From positions 124,001 through 188,000 of the forward strand of contig NIVC01001747.1 in assembly GCA_002269645.1 (NCBI GenBank): 64,000 nt of DNA, given 5' to 3'. The notes under the pieces are model-generated. The model had not been told where the DNA came from, made no database searches, and saw nothing but the letters and a program-made list of their open reading frames with translations. Numbering within the stretch: position 1 is the stretch's first letter; each line of letters starts with the position of its first letter. A program made the translations under genes and the position numbers. This document shows positions 43,601 to 57,079 of this stretch, one piece after another. The stretch is from Macrostomum lignano (taxonomy: Eukaryota).

Positions 43601-45540
43601 ACCTAAAATATAATCATCTAATTCAGAATCACCACAGATAGAATCACCACAGATAGAATCACCAGAGATAGAATCACTCAAAATAGCATCACCCATAATA
43701 GAATCACCCAAGATAGAATCACCCAAGATAGAATCACCCAAGATAGCATCACCCAAGATAGAATCACCCAAGATAGAATCACCCAAGATAGAATCACCCA
43801 AGATAGAATCATCTAAGATAGCATCACCCAAGATGGAATCATCTAAGATAGCATCACCCAAAATATAATCATCTAAGACAGAATCACTACAGATAGAATC
43901 ACCACAGATAGAATCACCAGAGATAGAATCACCCAAGATAGCATCACCCATAATAGAATCACCCAAGATAGAATCACCCAAGATAGAATCACCCAAGATA
44001 GAATCACCCAAGATAGAATCACCCAAGATAGGATCACCCAAGATAGAATCACCCAAGATAGAATCACCCAAGATAGAATCATCTAAGATAGCATCACCCA
44101 AGATAGAATCATCTAAGATAGAATCACCCAAAATATAATCATCTAAGACAGAATCACCACAGATAGAATCACCACAGATAGAATCACCCATAATAGAATT
44201 ACCCAAGATAGAATCACCCAAGATAGAATCACCCAAGATAGAATCATCTAAGATAGCATCACCCAAGATGGAATCATCTAAGATAGCATCACCCAAAATA
44301 TAATCATCTAAGACAGAATCACCACAGATAGAATCACCACAGATAGAATTACCACAGATAGAATCACCCAAGATAGAATCACCCAAGATAGAATCACTCA
44401 AGATAGAATCACCCATAATAGAACAACCCAAGATAGAATCACCCAAGATAGGATCACCCAAGATAGGATCACCCAAGATAGAATCACCCAAGATAGAATC
44501 ACCCAAGATAGAATCACCCAAGATAGAATCACCCATAATAGAATCACCCAAGATAGGATCACCCAAGATAGAATCATCTAAGATAGCATCACCCAAAATA
44601 TAATCATCTAAGACAGAATCACCACAGATAGAATCACCACAGATAGAATCACCAGAGATAGAATCACCCAAGATAGCATCACCCATAATAGAATCACCCA
44701 AGATAGAATCACCCAAGATAGAATCACCCAAGATAGAATCACCCAAGATAGAATCACCCAAGATAGAATCATCTAAGATAGCATCACCCAAGATAGAATC
44801 ATCTAAGATAGCATCACCCAAAATATAATCATCTAAGACAGAATCACCACAGATAGAATCACCCAAGATAGAATCACCACAGATAGAATCACCCAAGATA
44901 GAATCACCCAAGATAGAATCACCCAAGATAGAATTACCCATAATAGAATCACCCAAGATAGAATCACCCAAGATAGAATTACCCATAATAGAATCACCCA
45001 AGATAGGATCACCCAAGATAGAATCATCTAAGATAGCATCACCCAAAATATAATCATCTAAGACAGAATCACCACAGATAGAATCACCACAGATAGAATC
45101 ACCAGAGATAGAATCACCCAAGATAGCATCACCCATAATAGAATCACCCAAGATAGAATCACCCAAGATAGAATCACCCAAGATAGAATCACCCAAGATA
45201 GAATCACCCAAGATAGAATCACCCAAGATAGAATCACCCAAGATAGAATCACCCAAGATAGAATCACCCAAGATAGAATCATCTAAGATAGCATCACCCA
45301 AAATATAATCATCTAAGACAGAATCACCACAGATAGAATCACCACAGATAGAATCACCACAGATAGAATCACCCAAGATAGAATCACCCATAATAGAATT
45401 ACCCAAGATAGAATCACCCAAGATAGAATCACCCAAGATAGAATCACCCAAGATAGAATCACCCAAGATAGAATCACCCAAGATAGAATCACCCAAGATA
45501 GAATCACCCAAGATAGAATCAGCCAAGATAGAATCGCCCT
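31690..45540 (+). repeat. 15-bp satellite (CAAGATAGAATCACC)n, about 13.8 kb, with higher-order organisation
   Basis: Direct reading; source of the GDSIL and WVILS ORFs. Rare variants recur at about 3.9-4.3 kb. Confidence 0.98.
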
Positions 45541-45959
45541 AGATTTACCTGTTTCAAATTGACCGTTGATGTATTTCGCATTTTAGTCTTTACTGTTTAT
45601 TTGTAATTCCTGACTCTATATTTTTCCATTTTTAGTTGCACGATAACAATTGGAAAGGACAAAATGAAAGCTCAGTATTTTACCTAATTTGTTTTTACAC
45701 AAGGCAGACAAACAGACAGGCGCAAAGCTCCAAAGCTTTAGCAATTTTATTTAAAATTGAAAAGATAAAATCACTGTGCATATCGCCTTTGTTCTTCAGA
45801 TTTTAAGTTCAGATAATATGACTCATGGCTGGATTATAATGAAAAGATGGGTTTAAAATTCGAGTGCAAATTTGAAAGCAAACAATTGAGTCTTGCTGCT
45901 TCAGTGAAAGTACTTTAATTTATAGGCTGAATTTATGCCATCATTTTATTTATGATCTT

Positions 45960-46150
45960 TGAGGCCACTCAGCATCACCCTATCTATGATTCTTAAGGCC
46001 ATCATCCTTATCTATGATTCCTAAGGCCATCATCCTTATCTATGATTCCTAAGGCCACCATCCTTATCTATGATCCTTAAGGCCACTCAGCAACCCCTAT
46101 TATTTATGATCCGTCAGGAAACTCAGCAAACCCTATTTATGATCCTCACG
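45960..46150 (+). repeat. Short ~28-bp degenerate tandem repeat (TATCTATGATTCCTAAGGCCATCATCCT-like)
   Basis: Direct reading. Confidence 0.75.
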
Positions 46151-46635
46151 TAGTCTTAAGCCCGTATCTGCCATATACTCGTGCAGCTCTCTGTATCCTT
46201 GAACATTATCCCAAAAAGCCACCAAAAAGGCCTGGGAATTCTCAGGATTAGAAACAAATAATGATTCCCTCATCAGAATCTGAATCGCTCTTAGCCCAGC
46301 AACACTCTCTAGTTGGATTATTCCCAGCAAATGCGTGCAGTTTACCCCGCTGACCTGCGACAGTGGCTGTCTGTCTCTCGTCTATCCCGGCAGAAAAAAA
46401 ATATATATTGATCCATCGCAGCATCCATAGAAGAGCCTCATCCTGCAAGGACACTATCGGGGGTAATGCAAAACGCAATATATAACAGCAGCAACCCTGT
46501 TGAATTTTGGGAAAATGAACACTGAGAAAGCTGAGGGCTGCACTGGAGCTGCCGAGAGTGTGATGGAGAAGAGAGAGAAGAGAGCAGACTCAACTCAACA
46601 GCTGAGAATTTTAGCAGCTGTCTGGAGTCTCGCAT
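46150..46635 (-). pseudogene. Probable decayed variable cassette (frameshifted)
   Basis: Across shifted frames: ATG 46635, hydrophobic LFSLFSITLSAA, AFSVFIFP (cf. A FSVLLP), ALPPIVSL (cf. VLPVVDIA), INIYFF...KLHAFAG (cf. B INISF...VDGFVG and D IHAFFG). TATATATA about 40 nt upstream. Confidence 0.4.
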
Positions 46636-46919
46636 TCAACAGTTTGTCAATTCGCGCTCATCCCCAGCTAGCTGTATATATAATGCTAGTAGTTAAAATC
46701 CTTAAAAGCCCCTCGCTGGTCGAGATTTCCCAGATTATTATTATTGAACAAACTGTCTTTCTTTCAATGAATTCTGCACTAAGCAAAGCTGTGGGATATG
46801 CTATATGCTAATCCCGCTGAGTTTTATGGACCAGCTGAGCTCGTGGCTCACGCATTTGAACTGCAATTTCAAATTGAGAAACCGTTTTCTCGGGGAATGT
46901 CTTTTCTCCCTGAAGAAAG

Positions 46920-47960
46920 TCCTTCTGAGGTCCTTTAAACTCATCTATGGTCTTTTTGAGGTCCTCTAAACTCATCTATGGTCCTTCTGAGGTCCTCTAA
47001 ACTCATCTATGGTCTTTTTGAGGTCCTCTAAACTAATCTATGGTCCTTTTGAGGTTCTCTAAACTCATCTATGGTCCTTCTGAGGTCCTCTAAACACATA
47101 TATGGCGTTTCAGGGATCCTCTAAACTATGGTCCTTCTGGGTCCTCTAAAATCATATATCATCCTTTTATGGTCCTCTAAAAATATATATGGTCCTTCTG
47201 AGGTCCTCTAAAATCATCTATATGGTCCTTCTGAGGTCCTCTAAACTCATCTATGGTCCTTTTGAGGTCCTCTAAACTCATCTATGGTCCTTTTGAGGTC
47301 CTCTAAACTCATCTATGGTCCTTTTGAGGTCCTCTAAACTCATCTATGGTCCTTTTGAGGTCCTCGAAACTCATCTATGGTCCTTTTGAGGTCCTCTAAA
47401 CTAATCTATGGTCCTTTTGAGGTTCTCTAAACTCATCTATGGTCCTTCTGAGGTCCTCTAAACACATATATGGCGTTTCAGGGACCCTCTAAACTATGGT
47501 CCTTCTGGGTCCTCTAAAATCATATATCATCCTTTTATGGTCCTCTAAAAATATATATGGTCCTTCTGAGGTCCTCTAAAATCATCTATATGGTCCTTCT
47601 GAGGTCCTCTAAACTCATCTATGGTCCTTTTGAGGTCCTCTAAACTCATCTATGGTCCTTTTGAGGTCCTCTAAACTCATCTATGGTCCTTTTGAGGTCC
47701 TCTAAACTCATCTATGGTCCTTTTGAGGTCCTCGAAACTCATCTATGGTCCTTTTGAGGTCCTCTAAACTCATCTATGGTCCTTTTGAGGTCCTCTAAAC
47801 TCATCTATGGTCCTTTTGAGGTCCTCTAAACTCATCTATGGCGTTTCTGGGATCCTCTAAACTATGGTCCTTCTGGGTCCTCTAAAATAATATATCATCC
47901 TTCAATGGTCCTCTGAACTCATCTATATGGTCTTTTTGACGTCCTCTAGTTCTAATATGG
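46920..47960 (+). repeat. 31-bp minisatellite (TCTATGGTCCTTTTGAGGTCCTCTAAACTCA)n
   Basis: Direct reading. Confidence 0.93.
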
Positions 47961-48539
47961 TCCTTCTGGAGTCCTCTACTCCCCCCTATGATCCTTCTAC
48001 GGTGCTAAAGCATTCACCTAATGGTTCCAGTCGAGGTTCTCTAACATTTCCAAGAAAGCACACCAGTATTTCTGCTCTCAAGGCATCGCAGTACAGAAGC
48101 AATTTGCAATGAGAAAAACATCCCAGACTGCGCACCCACAGATGAAGGGTTGGGGCGGGGATGAGCTCAAGGCTGAGGAAGGCAGCCTGCTAATCTCTCC
48201 AGCTTTGGAGTTCCCGGAAACTTTTGCTAGATTAAAAAGATACAAACCAACCCCCTCCCTTCCCCCGGAGCACGCGGGTTCCTTTCCCCAGGGCAATTGG
48301 CACGCAAAAAATGCAGTATGCTTTTTTCTCTTCTTATCAGTCCTGCCCAACCCTCCTCCCGTGCTGCATTTTGCCGAATTCTGCCCGGAATTCTGTCAGG
48401 CAGGGTAGCGGAGTCAATTTGCTTGCCTGGCATTGACTGCTCATCGCTTGACAGCAAACAGAAAGAGAAATTGCAGTTGATAAATCTTTTGCTGCCTTTA
48501 GAGAGGATTTTTTGAGTTCTGCATTTGTTAGCGCTGTAA

Positions 48540-48990
<451 letters not shown>

Positions 48991-49676
48991 CTAGTGATTG
49001 AATCGTGTCAAAAAAGCATTGACAAAAATCGGGAAGTTCACTGCTCAGGGCAAAGTGGATCCCAGTGACTTCCCTACCCGTGTGTCAGTCAAGTTTGCTT
49101 AGTGGGGCCGAGCCATGCAGCCTGGAAGAGTCACTCCCAGAGCTACAGAAAAGGAAAAGTGGTCGGGAAGCGCCGGTGCTTTGAAATCCTTTGCAGGAAA
49201 TTCATATTTTTCGTCATTTTTCTACCCTTTTAGCTTGGAACGTGTGCCAGAGCATATTTTCACTCTGAGCAGCAGGCAATGCAAAGTGTTTTGCAAGGCA
49301 TTCCAAGGGGTAAAAATGAATGGGGAAATATGATTGACCCAATCGACTGTCCTCAAGAGTCGATCAGCTCCCTTGCCCTTCTCCTGTTGCCAACTTGTCA
49401 GCGGTTGGCAGTCAGGACCCACCGGTTTTAATTTTCAAGACTTGGAATTTCTTTTTCAACGTTTTGTTCCCTGCGCAGAATAAATAGTTGTTCAAATAAA
49501 GAAGATAGATGACAGGGGTGTGAGTGAGACGCTCCAGCATCAGGCCACGACATGCAGCTTCTCTGCTGCCAAGCCTTCATCACACTGTGTGCTCACTTTC
49601 AATTTTATCTTGCTTTCCATCTGGTTTGCTTAGAACTTAACCAATTCTTTACCTGCCTTCCTACATGACCGCTGGT

Positions 49677-49677
<1 letters not shown>

Positions 49678-49755
<78 letters not shown>

Positions 49756-50390
49756 GCTCCACTGCGCGTTAGCGACTGCGGGGACTTCTTTCTAGTGCAA
49801 AGTCCATATAAATTCGATTTTCTCGCTTTGAGAAATTCTTCGATTGTTAATAAAAAGATTGGCTTTGAATTCAGTGAGTGTACATGACTGACGGGGTGAA
49901 AGGTTGCTGTCGGCTTGAGTTGCGACAGCGTCATAGATTACCTCTGCGATGTCCTTTCTCTTCTCTCCCCTCTCCTACCTGGTTTCTCTCTCCTGTCTCT
50001 CACTCTCACCTCTCCCCTCTCCCATCTCTCCACTCTCTGGTCTCTCCTCTCCAATCTCAATCCTCTCTCTCATCTCTCTGATTTTCCAATCTCTCTCCTC
50101 CCATCCCTCTCCCCTCCCATCTCTCTCCTCTCCCATCTCTCTCCTGTCTCTCACTCTCCCCTCTCCACTCTCCCATCTCTCCACTCTCTGATCTTTCCTC
50201 TCCCATCTTAATCCTCTCTCACATCTCTCTCCTCTCAAATCTCAATCCTCTCTCCCCTCTCCCCTCTCTCTTCTCCCATCTCTCTCCTCTCCCATCTCTC
50301 CCTTTCCCTCTACCTCTCACCCTCTCCCTTTCATTCTCTCCCATCTCTCTCCCCTCCTTCTCTCCGTCCCCTCTCACTTTCTAATCCCTT
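49678..50390 (+). repeat. (CT)n tract (49678-49752) and CT-rich low-complexity region (49950-50390)
   Basis: Direct reading. Confidence 0.85.
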
Positions 50391-50437
50391 CCCGATCAAT
50401 TACACACCAGCCCCATTGCACTGTCAGTCTGTCTTAC

Positions 50438-50700
50438 AGCACTCTCCAATTTCACCCCTAAAAACATTTTTCCATTCCTCAGTCGTCAGACTTATCTATA
50501 GCTACCCAGCTCCCGATCCCAGCTTCCATGCAAGCTTGGCCATCTCTCTCTCTATCAGTAGGTCACTGATACGAGGCTTCTAGTTACTCTGCGCACCGCA
50601 GCCGCACTCTGGCAATCCATCTTCAATGGTTCCTTTTTATCTCCAGTCCACCGCGCCCCTAGCTATAGCATCTGCTGTCTACTGGTGGCATTTTAAACGT
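50438..50700 (-). pseudogene. Possible decayed cassette 3' end with intact phase-1 donor
   Basis: ISLTTEEWKNVFRGEIGEC then T|GTAAGA at 50438; resembles C ITDELYRKILLERVGNKLA and B LHTAFTEKIGTDYS. Stops and frameshifts upstream. Confidence 0.35.
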
Positions 50701-51849
50701 AGAAAAATTCATGGATTGTCAAAAATTCGTCCAGCGGAACCACACAACCAGCCAGTCAATTTGTTTTCTAGCCAAATCTGAAAAAATTCTTTTTTTTAAC
50801 TTCATTTTCTCCAGCACTGGAAAATCTGATCAGGTCACTTGAGAGCTACGAAGATGTGAAGGTCAAGTTTTTAGGTTCAACAAAAATTTTACCCCACCTA
50901 AAAGTACTTTTATGAAAACCATGCCCTCGCGAAAGTCGAGTTGGGACTAAATCTGATTTAATTTTGTATTAATTAAATCTGCAATAATTGTTATCTTTGA
51001 TTCGGAGGAATATTCTATAATTAAATTGTTTTTTTTTGTTTTGCATTAATTAAATTTGTTACCATTTTAAATTTTGTTTGTGAGGAACATTCTAGAAAGA
51101 TCGTTAGTACTAAATCTGTTTTATTTTATTGTTTAAATTAAATTCTAAATTCTTTCAAAGCTAAATTATTAGGCATCTAATGGTAGGAAGTATAGTTAAA
51201 TCTGTTTTGAGTTTGTTTAAAATAAATGCGTACTTTTTTGAAACTTCGTTCGGCAAATAAGCTTTAAAATATGGCACCATATTAATAAACAAAAAGTACT
51301 TGATAAAACAATTTAATAAAAATGGCTCTCAAGTGACTTCCTATAGAAAGCTTAGCTCATATAGATCTTAAACAGTGTTTACCACAATCCAATTTTGGCG
51401 CGAATTTAAACATAATTTTATAACGTCACATCGACCATAAATATCTAGCATAGAAGGTTTACTTTTTATAGTGCCAGTATGAGTATATATACATGCAATA
51501 TATCCATACTGTTTATACGGCCATGCACATACTAAATTGCCATGCCTTTAAAATAGTGGGGCCAAACTGCTAAATTACCTAATTACCCCCCCCGCCAGCT
51601 AATTGCTACGGTCGAGCCAAATTAGCCGCAAAAAGGAAGGAAAGCTCTCACAATGCCTGCTGACTGCTTTAAGGATGTGACAGTTAACCGACCACCCCCC
51701 CATCCCCTAGAGACTAATAATAAGCCATCGCTAGGGCGAAATTACATATTATATCCTTCTGCAAATCATCTTCTGCTTTTTGCTAACGTCACTGACTGCC
51801 TGTCTTTCTATTTTAGACCTCTTTATCTAAGCTCTGATTTGGCTCTTTT

Positions 51850-52590
51850 CTTGCCTCTACGTGTCTTCGCCTTCTTTTCTACCTGTCTTCGCCCACTTCT
51901 CTACCTGTCTTCGCCCACTTCTCTACCTGTCTTCGCCTTCTTCTCTACCTGTCTTCGCCTTTTTCTCTACCTGTCTTCGCCCTCTTCTCTACCTGTCTTC
52001 GCCCTCTTCTCTACCTGTCTTCGCCTTCTTCTCTACCTGTCTTCGCCCTCTTCTCTACCTGTCTTCACCCTCTTCTCTACCTGTCTTCGCCCTCTTCTCT
52101 ACCTGTCTTCGCCCTCTTCTCTACCGGTCTTTGCCCTCTTCTCTACGTGTCTTCGCCCTCTTCTCTACCTGTCTTCGCCCTCTTCTCTACCGGTCTTTGC
52201 CCTCTTCTCTACGTGTCTTCGCCTTCTTCTCTACGTGTCTTCGCCTTCTTCTCTACGTGTCTTCGCCTTCTTCTCTACGTGTCTTCGCCCTCTTCTCTAC
52301 CTGTCTTCGCCCTCTTCTCTACCGGTCTTTGCCCTCTTCTCTACGTGTCTTCGCCTTCTTCTCTACGTGTCTTCGCCTTCTTCTCTACGTGTCTTCTCCC
52401 TCTTCTCTACCAGTCTTCGCCCTCTTCTCTACCGGTCTTTGCCCTCTTCTCTACCTGTCTTCGCCCTCTTCTCTACCTGTCTTCGCCCTCTTCTCTACCG
52501 GTCTTCGCCCTCTTCTCTACGTGTCTTCGCCTTCTTCTCTACGTGTCTTCGCCTTCTTCTCTACCTGTCTTCGCCTTCTTCTCTACCTGC
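51850..52590 (+). repeat. 22-bp minisatellite (CTACCTGTCTTCGCCCTCTTCT)n
   Basis: Direct reading. Confidence 0.93.
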
Positions 52591-53548
52591 AGGCACGCAC
52601 GCATAGACACGCTCACACGGGTGCACAGCGGCTCCTGACTTTCTAATCGTCCGGCATGTACACTTTCTGTGCCATGGGGGTTCACCCAAGGGTGTGCGTG
52701 GGAATCGCACGACAACCCACTTGGTCGATTTTCGAGTGCACCGAAATCCCAGTGCACCCAAAGGGTCACCCACCGACCATGCGTTCTTTTATCAAATTGT
52801 CCATACGAAAATTAAATCATAAATTGTTAATGACAACCTTCACATGCCTCTCTTCCACGTAGCTATATATTTTTTATCTTCACCGGGTTATAGCTTTAGC
52901 CGCAAACGGTACGCCATTTAAATCGAATCTACTAATCAAATCATATCGAGCTCTCGTTGACTGCCAAACCCCGTTCAAAATTACCGATTAAGCTGTCAAG
53001 AATGACTTCAAACACACGCGAGGCTAGCTACACAGCTCACCCTCTACCCTCCATGCCCTCCCCCCCAGGGGTAACCCAGCCAGGAGACATGCTGTCTACT
53101 TCTCCCTTCCTGTGACTGACCCACGTCTTGGCCTGGCAGAAAAATCCCCGCGTCTCTCCGCGGGCAATTGAAGATAAAAGGGCATTTTGGTAATCGCACT
53201 AAGCATACAAGAATGATATTTCTTGCATGTTGCCTCAACTACTAAAACTACATGTTAGCTACGGCCGCTTTTGAGACGCCAATAGCTGGATGTGAAATAC
53301 AGAATTAGAAACGAGTTGATTGACTGACTGATTGATTGATTAATCGGTTACACATAGGGAGAAAAGGGCGCCCCGCCCAGAAAATTGATCCTTTGTCATT
53401 TCAAATAATTTTATCATTTTCTTTTGACCATCGCATGCATGTCAGTGTCGATTAGTGCTTATTTGATAGAAATTATTAATAATCTTTTTATTAGAGATTT
53501 GTCTCCTAGGACAATTCTTTGACGGCAAAAATACTTCTGCAAATTCAA

Positions 53549-55890
53549 GATTGCAGATCCCAGATTGCAGATCCCAGATTGCAGATCCCAGATTGCAGAT
53601 CCCAGATTGCAGATCCCAGATTGCAGATCCCAGATTGCAGATCCCAGATTGCAGATCCCAGATTGCAGATCCCAGATTGCAGATCCCAGATTGCAGATCC
53701 CAGATTGCAGATCCCAGATTGCAGATCCCAGATTGCAGATCCCAGATTGCAGATCCCAGATTGCAGATCCCAGATTGCAGATCCCAGATTGCAGATCCCA
53801 GATTGCAGATCCCAGATTGCAGATCCCAGATTGCAGATCCCAGATTGCAGATCCCAGATTGCAGATCCCAGATTGCAGATCCCAGATTGCAGATCCCAGA
53901 TTGCAGATCCCAGATTGCAGATCCCAGATTGCAGATCCCAGATTGCAGATCCCAGATTGCAGATCCCAGATTGCAGATCCCAGATTGCAGATCCCAGATT
54001 GCAGATCCCAGATTGCAGATCCCAGATTGCAGATCCCAGATTGCAGATCCCAGATTGCAGATCCCAGATTGCAGATCCCAGATTGCAGATCCCAGATTGC
54101 AGATCCCAGATTGCAGATCCCAGATTGCAGATCCCAGATTGCAGATCCCAGATTGCAGATCCCAGATTGCAGATCCCAGATTGCAGATCCCAGATTGCAG
54201 ATCCCAGATTGCAGATCCCAGATTGCAGATCCCAGATTGCAGATCCCAGATTGCAGATCCCAGATTGCAGATCCCAGATTGCAGATCCCAGATTGCAGAT
54301 CCCAGATTGCAGATCCCAGATTGCAGATCCCAGATTGCAGATCCCAGATTGCAGATCCCAGATTGCAGATCCCAGATTGCAGATCCCAGATTGCAGATCC
54401 CAGATTGCAGATCCCAGATTGCAGATCCCAGATTGCAGATCCCAGATTGCAGATCCCAGATTGCAGATCCCAGATTGCAGATCCCAGATTGCAGATCCCA
54501 GATTGCAGATCCCAGATTGCAGATCCCAGATTGCAGATCCCAGATTGCAGATCCCAGATTGCAGATCCCAGATTGCAGATCCCAGATTGCAGATCCCAGA
54601 TTGCAGATCCCAGATTGCAGATCCCAGATTGCAGATCCCAGATTGCAGATCCCAGATTGCAGATCCCAGATTGCAGATCCCAGATTGCAGATCCCAGATT
54701 GCAGATCCCAGATTGCAGATCCCAGATTGCAGATCCCAGATTGCAGATCCCAGATTGCAGATCCCAGATTGCAGATCCCAGATTGCAGATCCCAGATTGC
54801 AGATCCCAGATTGCAGATCCCAGATTGCAGATCCCAGATTGCAGATCCCAGATTGCAGATCCCAGATTGCAGATCCCAGATTGCAGATCCCAGATTGCAG
54901 ATCCCAGATTGCAGATCCCAGATTGCAGATCCCAGATTGCAGATCCCAGATTGCAGATCCCAGATTGCAGATCCCAGATTGCAGATCCCAGATAGCAGAT
55001 TCCAGATTGCAGATCCCAGATTGCAGATCCCAGATTGCAGATCCCAGATTGCAGATCCCAGATTGCTTCCCAAGATTTGCAGAAGTAATCTTGCTTCCCA
55101 AGATTACTTCTGCAAATTCAAGATTGCAGATCCCAGATTGCAGATCCCAGATTGCAGTTCCCAGATTGCAGATCCCAGATTGCAGATCCCAGATTGCAGA
55201 TCCCAGATTGCAGATCCCAGATTGCAGATTCCAGATTTTGCATCACAGATTGCAGATCCCAGGCTGCAGATCCCAGATTGCAGATCCCAGATTGCAGATC
55301 CCAGATTGCAGATCCCAGATTGCAGATCCCAGATTGCAGATCCCAGATTGCAGATCCCAGATTGCAGATCCCAGATTGCAGATCCCAGATTGCAGATTCC
55401 AGATTTTACATCACAGATTGCAGATCCCAGATTGCAGATCCCAGATAGCAGATCCCAGATTGCAGATCCCAGACTGCAGGTCCCAGATTGCAGATCCCAC
55501 ATAGCAGATTCCAATTTTCAAGATCCCACATTGCAGATCCCAGATTGCAGATTCCAATTTTCAAGATCCCACATTGCAGATCCCAGATTTTACATTCCTG
55601 AATGCAGATATCAAATTTCAGATCCCACATTGCAGATCCCAGATTGCAGATACCTGATTGCAGATCCCAGATTGCAGATCCCAGATTGCAGATCCCAGAT
55701 TGCAGATCCCAGATTGCAGATCCCAGAATGCAGATACCTGATTACAGATCCCAAATTGCAGATCCCAGATTTCAGATCCCAGATTGCAGATCCCAGAATG
55801 CAGATACCTGATTACAGATCCCAAATTGCAGATCCCAGATTTCAGATCCCAGATTGCAGATCCCAGATTGCAGATCCCAGATTTTGTTCT
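53549..55890 (+). repeat. 14-bp satellite (GATTGCAGATCCCA)n; about 100 apparently identical copies to 54990, degenerate thereafter
   Basis: Direct reading; source of the QIPDCRS and GSAIWDL ORFs. Confidence 0.98.
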
Positions 55891-55962
55891 TATACTTCGA
55901 GCCTCATCTCAAAGAATCCCAAGAAGGCATGTCTCCCGGCAACCGCCCCCCCCCACACTCAC

Positions 55963-56731
55963 CAGCCAGTTTATTCCCAACTCTTTCCAGCAGGATCTTC
56001 CGGTACAGCTCGTCCGTAATGTTTAGCTTCAAGTCTTCATCAATTTGAGAATCCAGCGTCATTGACTCGTACATGTAGGACATGTTTTGCTTGAAATTGA
56101 ATTCAAAGACTTTCTCTACGAACTGGCATTGGAACAGGTCTAGGAAGTAGCTGGGTCTGCCGTCAGTAGCCACGACACTTTTTCGTCGATTGATGAAGAA
56201 TAGCCGCTTCCAGCCTCCCAGATTGGTCATGACTGACTGCATTGTGTCGAAGATGCCTTTGCCCGTGGTGCCAACCCTGATCAAGTCGTACCTGTCGAGG
56301 CTGCCAGACAGGGCACCGGTGGAGATGAAAGTGTCGATGCTGTGCTTGTAGTACAGAAACACATTGTTGATGGAGTATGAGCACAGCAAGCCAGTGATGA
56401 GGCGCGGCTGCACTCCAGTTGAGGACTCGTGCTGCTTGCACTTCAGGGCCATCAGCTCCCTGATTGAAGCCACGTGTTCGCAAGGGAAGTCTTCCGGCTG
56501 CTTGACCAGCTGGATTGAGTGGCCGAGAGCTTGAAGAACAGTGGGATGCTGCATTGCAACATCGAATGTAGCCTGCAGCAGTTCAAGCGGACTGACCACT
56601 TGGTGACCAACTGAGTTGTACTTTGTCGCCAACAGCAGGACCGTGATGTTCTTCTTTGTTGAAGCGGTGACAGCAGCGGACAGACACAGGCACAGAAGCA
56701 AGATTGCTGCGGCGCTTTTAGAAGCAAGCAT
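55963..56731 (-). CDS. Variable cassette C, single exon (signal peptide + N-terminal ~256 aa of NPR/rGC ectodomain)
   Basis: ATG 56731 MLASKSAAAILLLCLCLSAAVTAS signal peptide; ITVLLL, FPCE, GLLCSYS, FISTGA, YDLIRVG, GGWKRLFFI, FQC, ILLERVGNKLA. Ends G|GTGAGT (phase 1). 769 nt; track ORF 55904..56731. Confidence 0.88.
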
Positions 56732-56917
56732 TGCGCTTAGCGATACTGTCTGTAGTTTTTGAATTTCTTAGATGCTTTCGGGAGACAACTACCAGCCGTA
56801 TGCAGCATTATACACGACAGAAGTGTTTCAGCCTATTGATAATGTTCGGCTGCATTTTATGGAGTTGGTAAGAGAGAAGAGGAGAGAGGAGGCAGAGACA
56901 GAGCAGAGGCGCTGACT

Positions 56918-56927
56918 GATTGGTTGT
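56918..56927 (-). promoter_or_regulatory. Candidate CCAAT box, cassette C promoter
   Basis: Minus strand ACAACCAATC about 190 nt upstream of the cassette C ATG, with TATA-like CATAAAA about 50 nt downstream. Confidence 0.4.
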
Positions 56928-57079
56928 GGTTGGTTTTGCTGGCAAGAAGAGAGAAAGAGAATCGTGGGAATGGCGCGGGTCTCCTTGGGGTTTGGAAACG
57001 CCCTTAAGCCATGGCTTTGGTTGGTTTGAACTGATTTCTTTAAACAAATTTTGTCTAATTTTAAAACAGATTAAAAATG

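Noticed and set aside
31676-45526. Long GDSIL/WVILS ORFs (up to 1097 aa) on the gene strand
   Set aside because: Translation of a 15-bp satellite, repeatedly broken by indels; no splice signals or domain content.
53442-56019. QIPDCRSQIADPRL / GSAIWDLQSGICNL ORFs
   Set aside because: A 14-bp monomer without stop codons is open in all frames; not coding.
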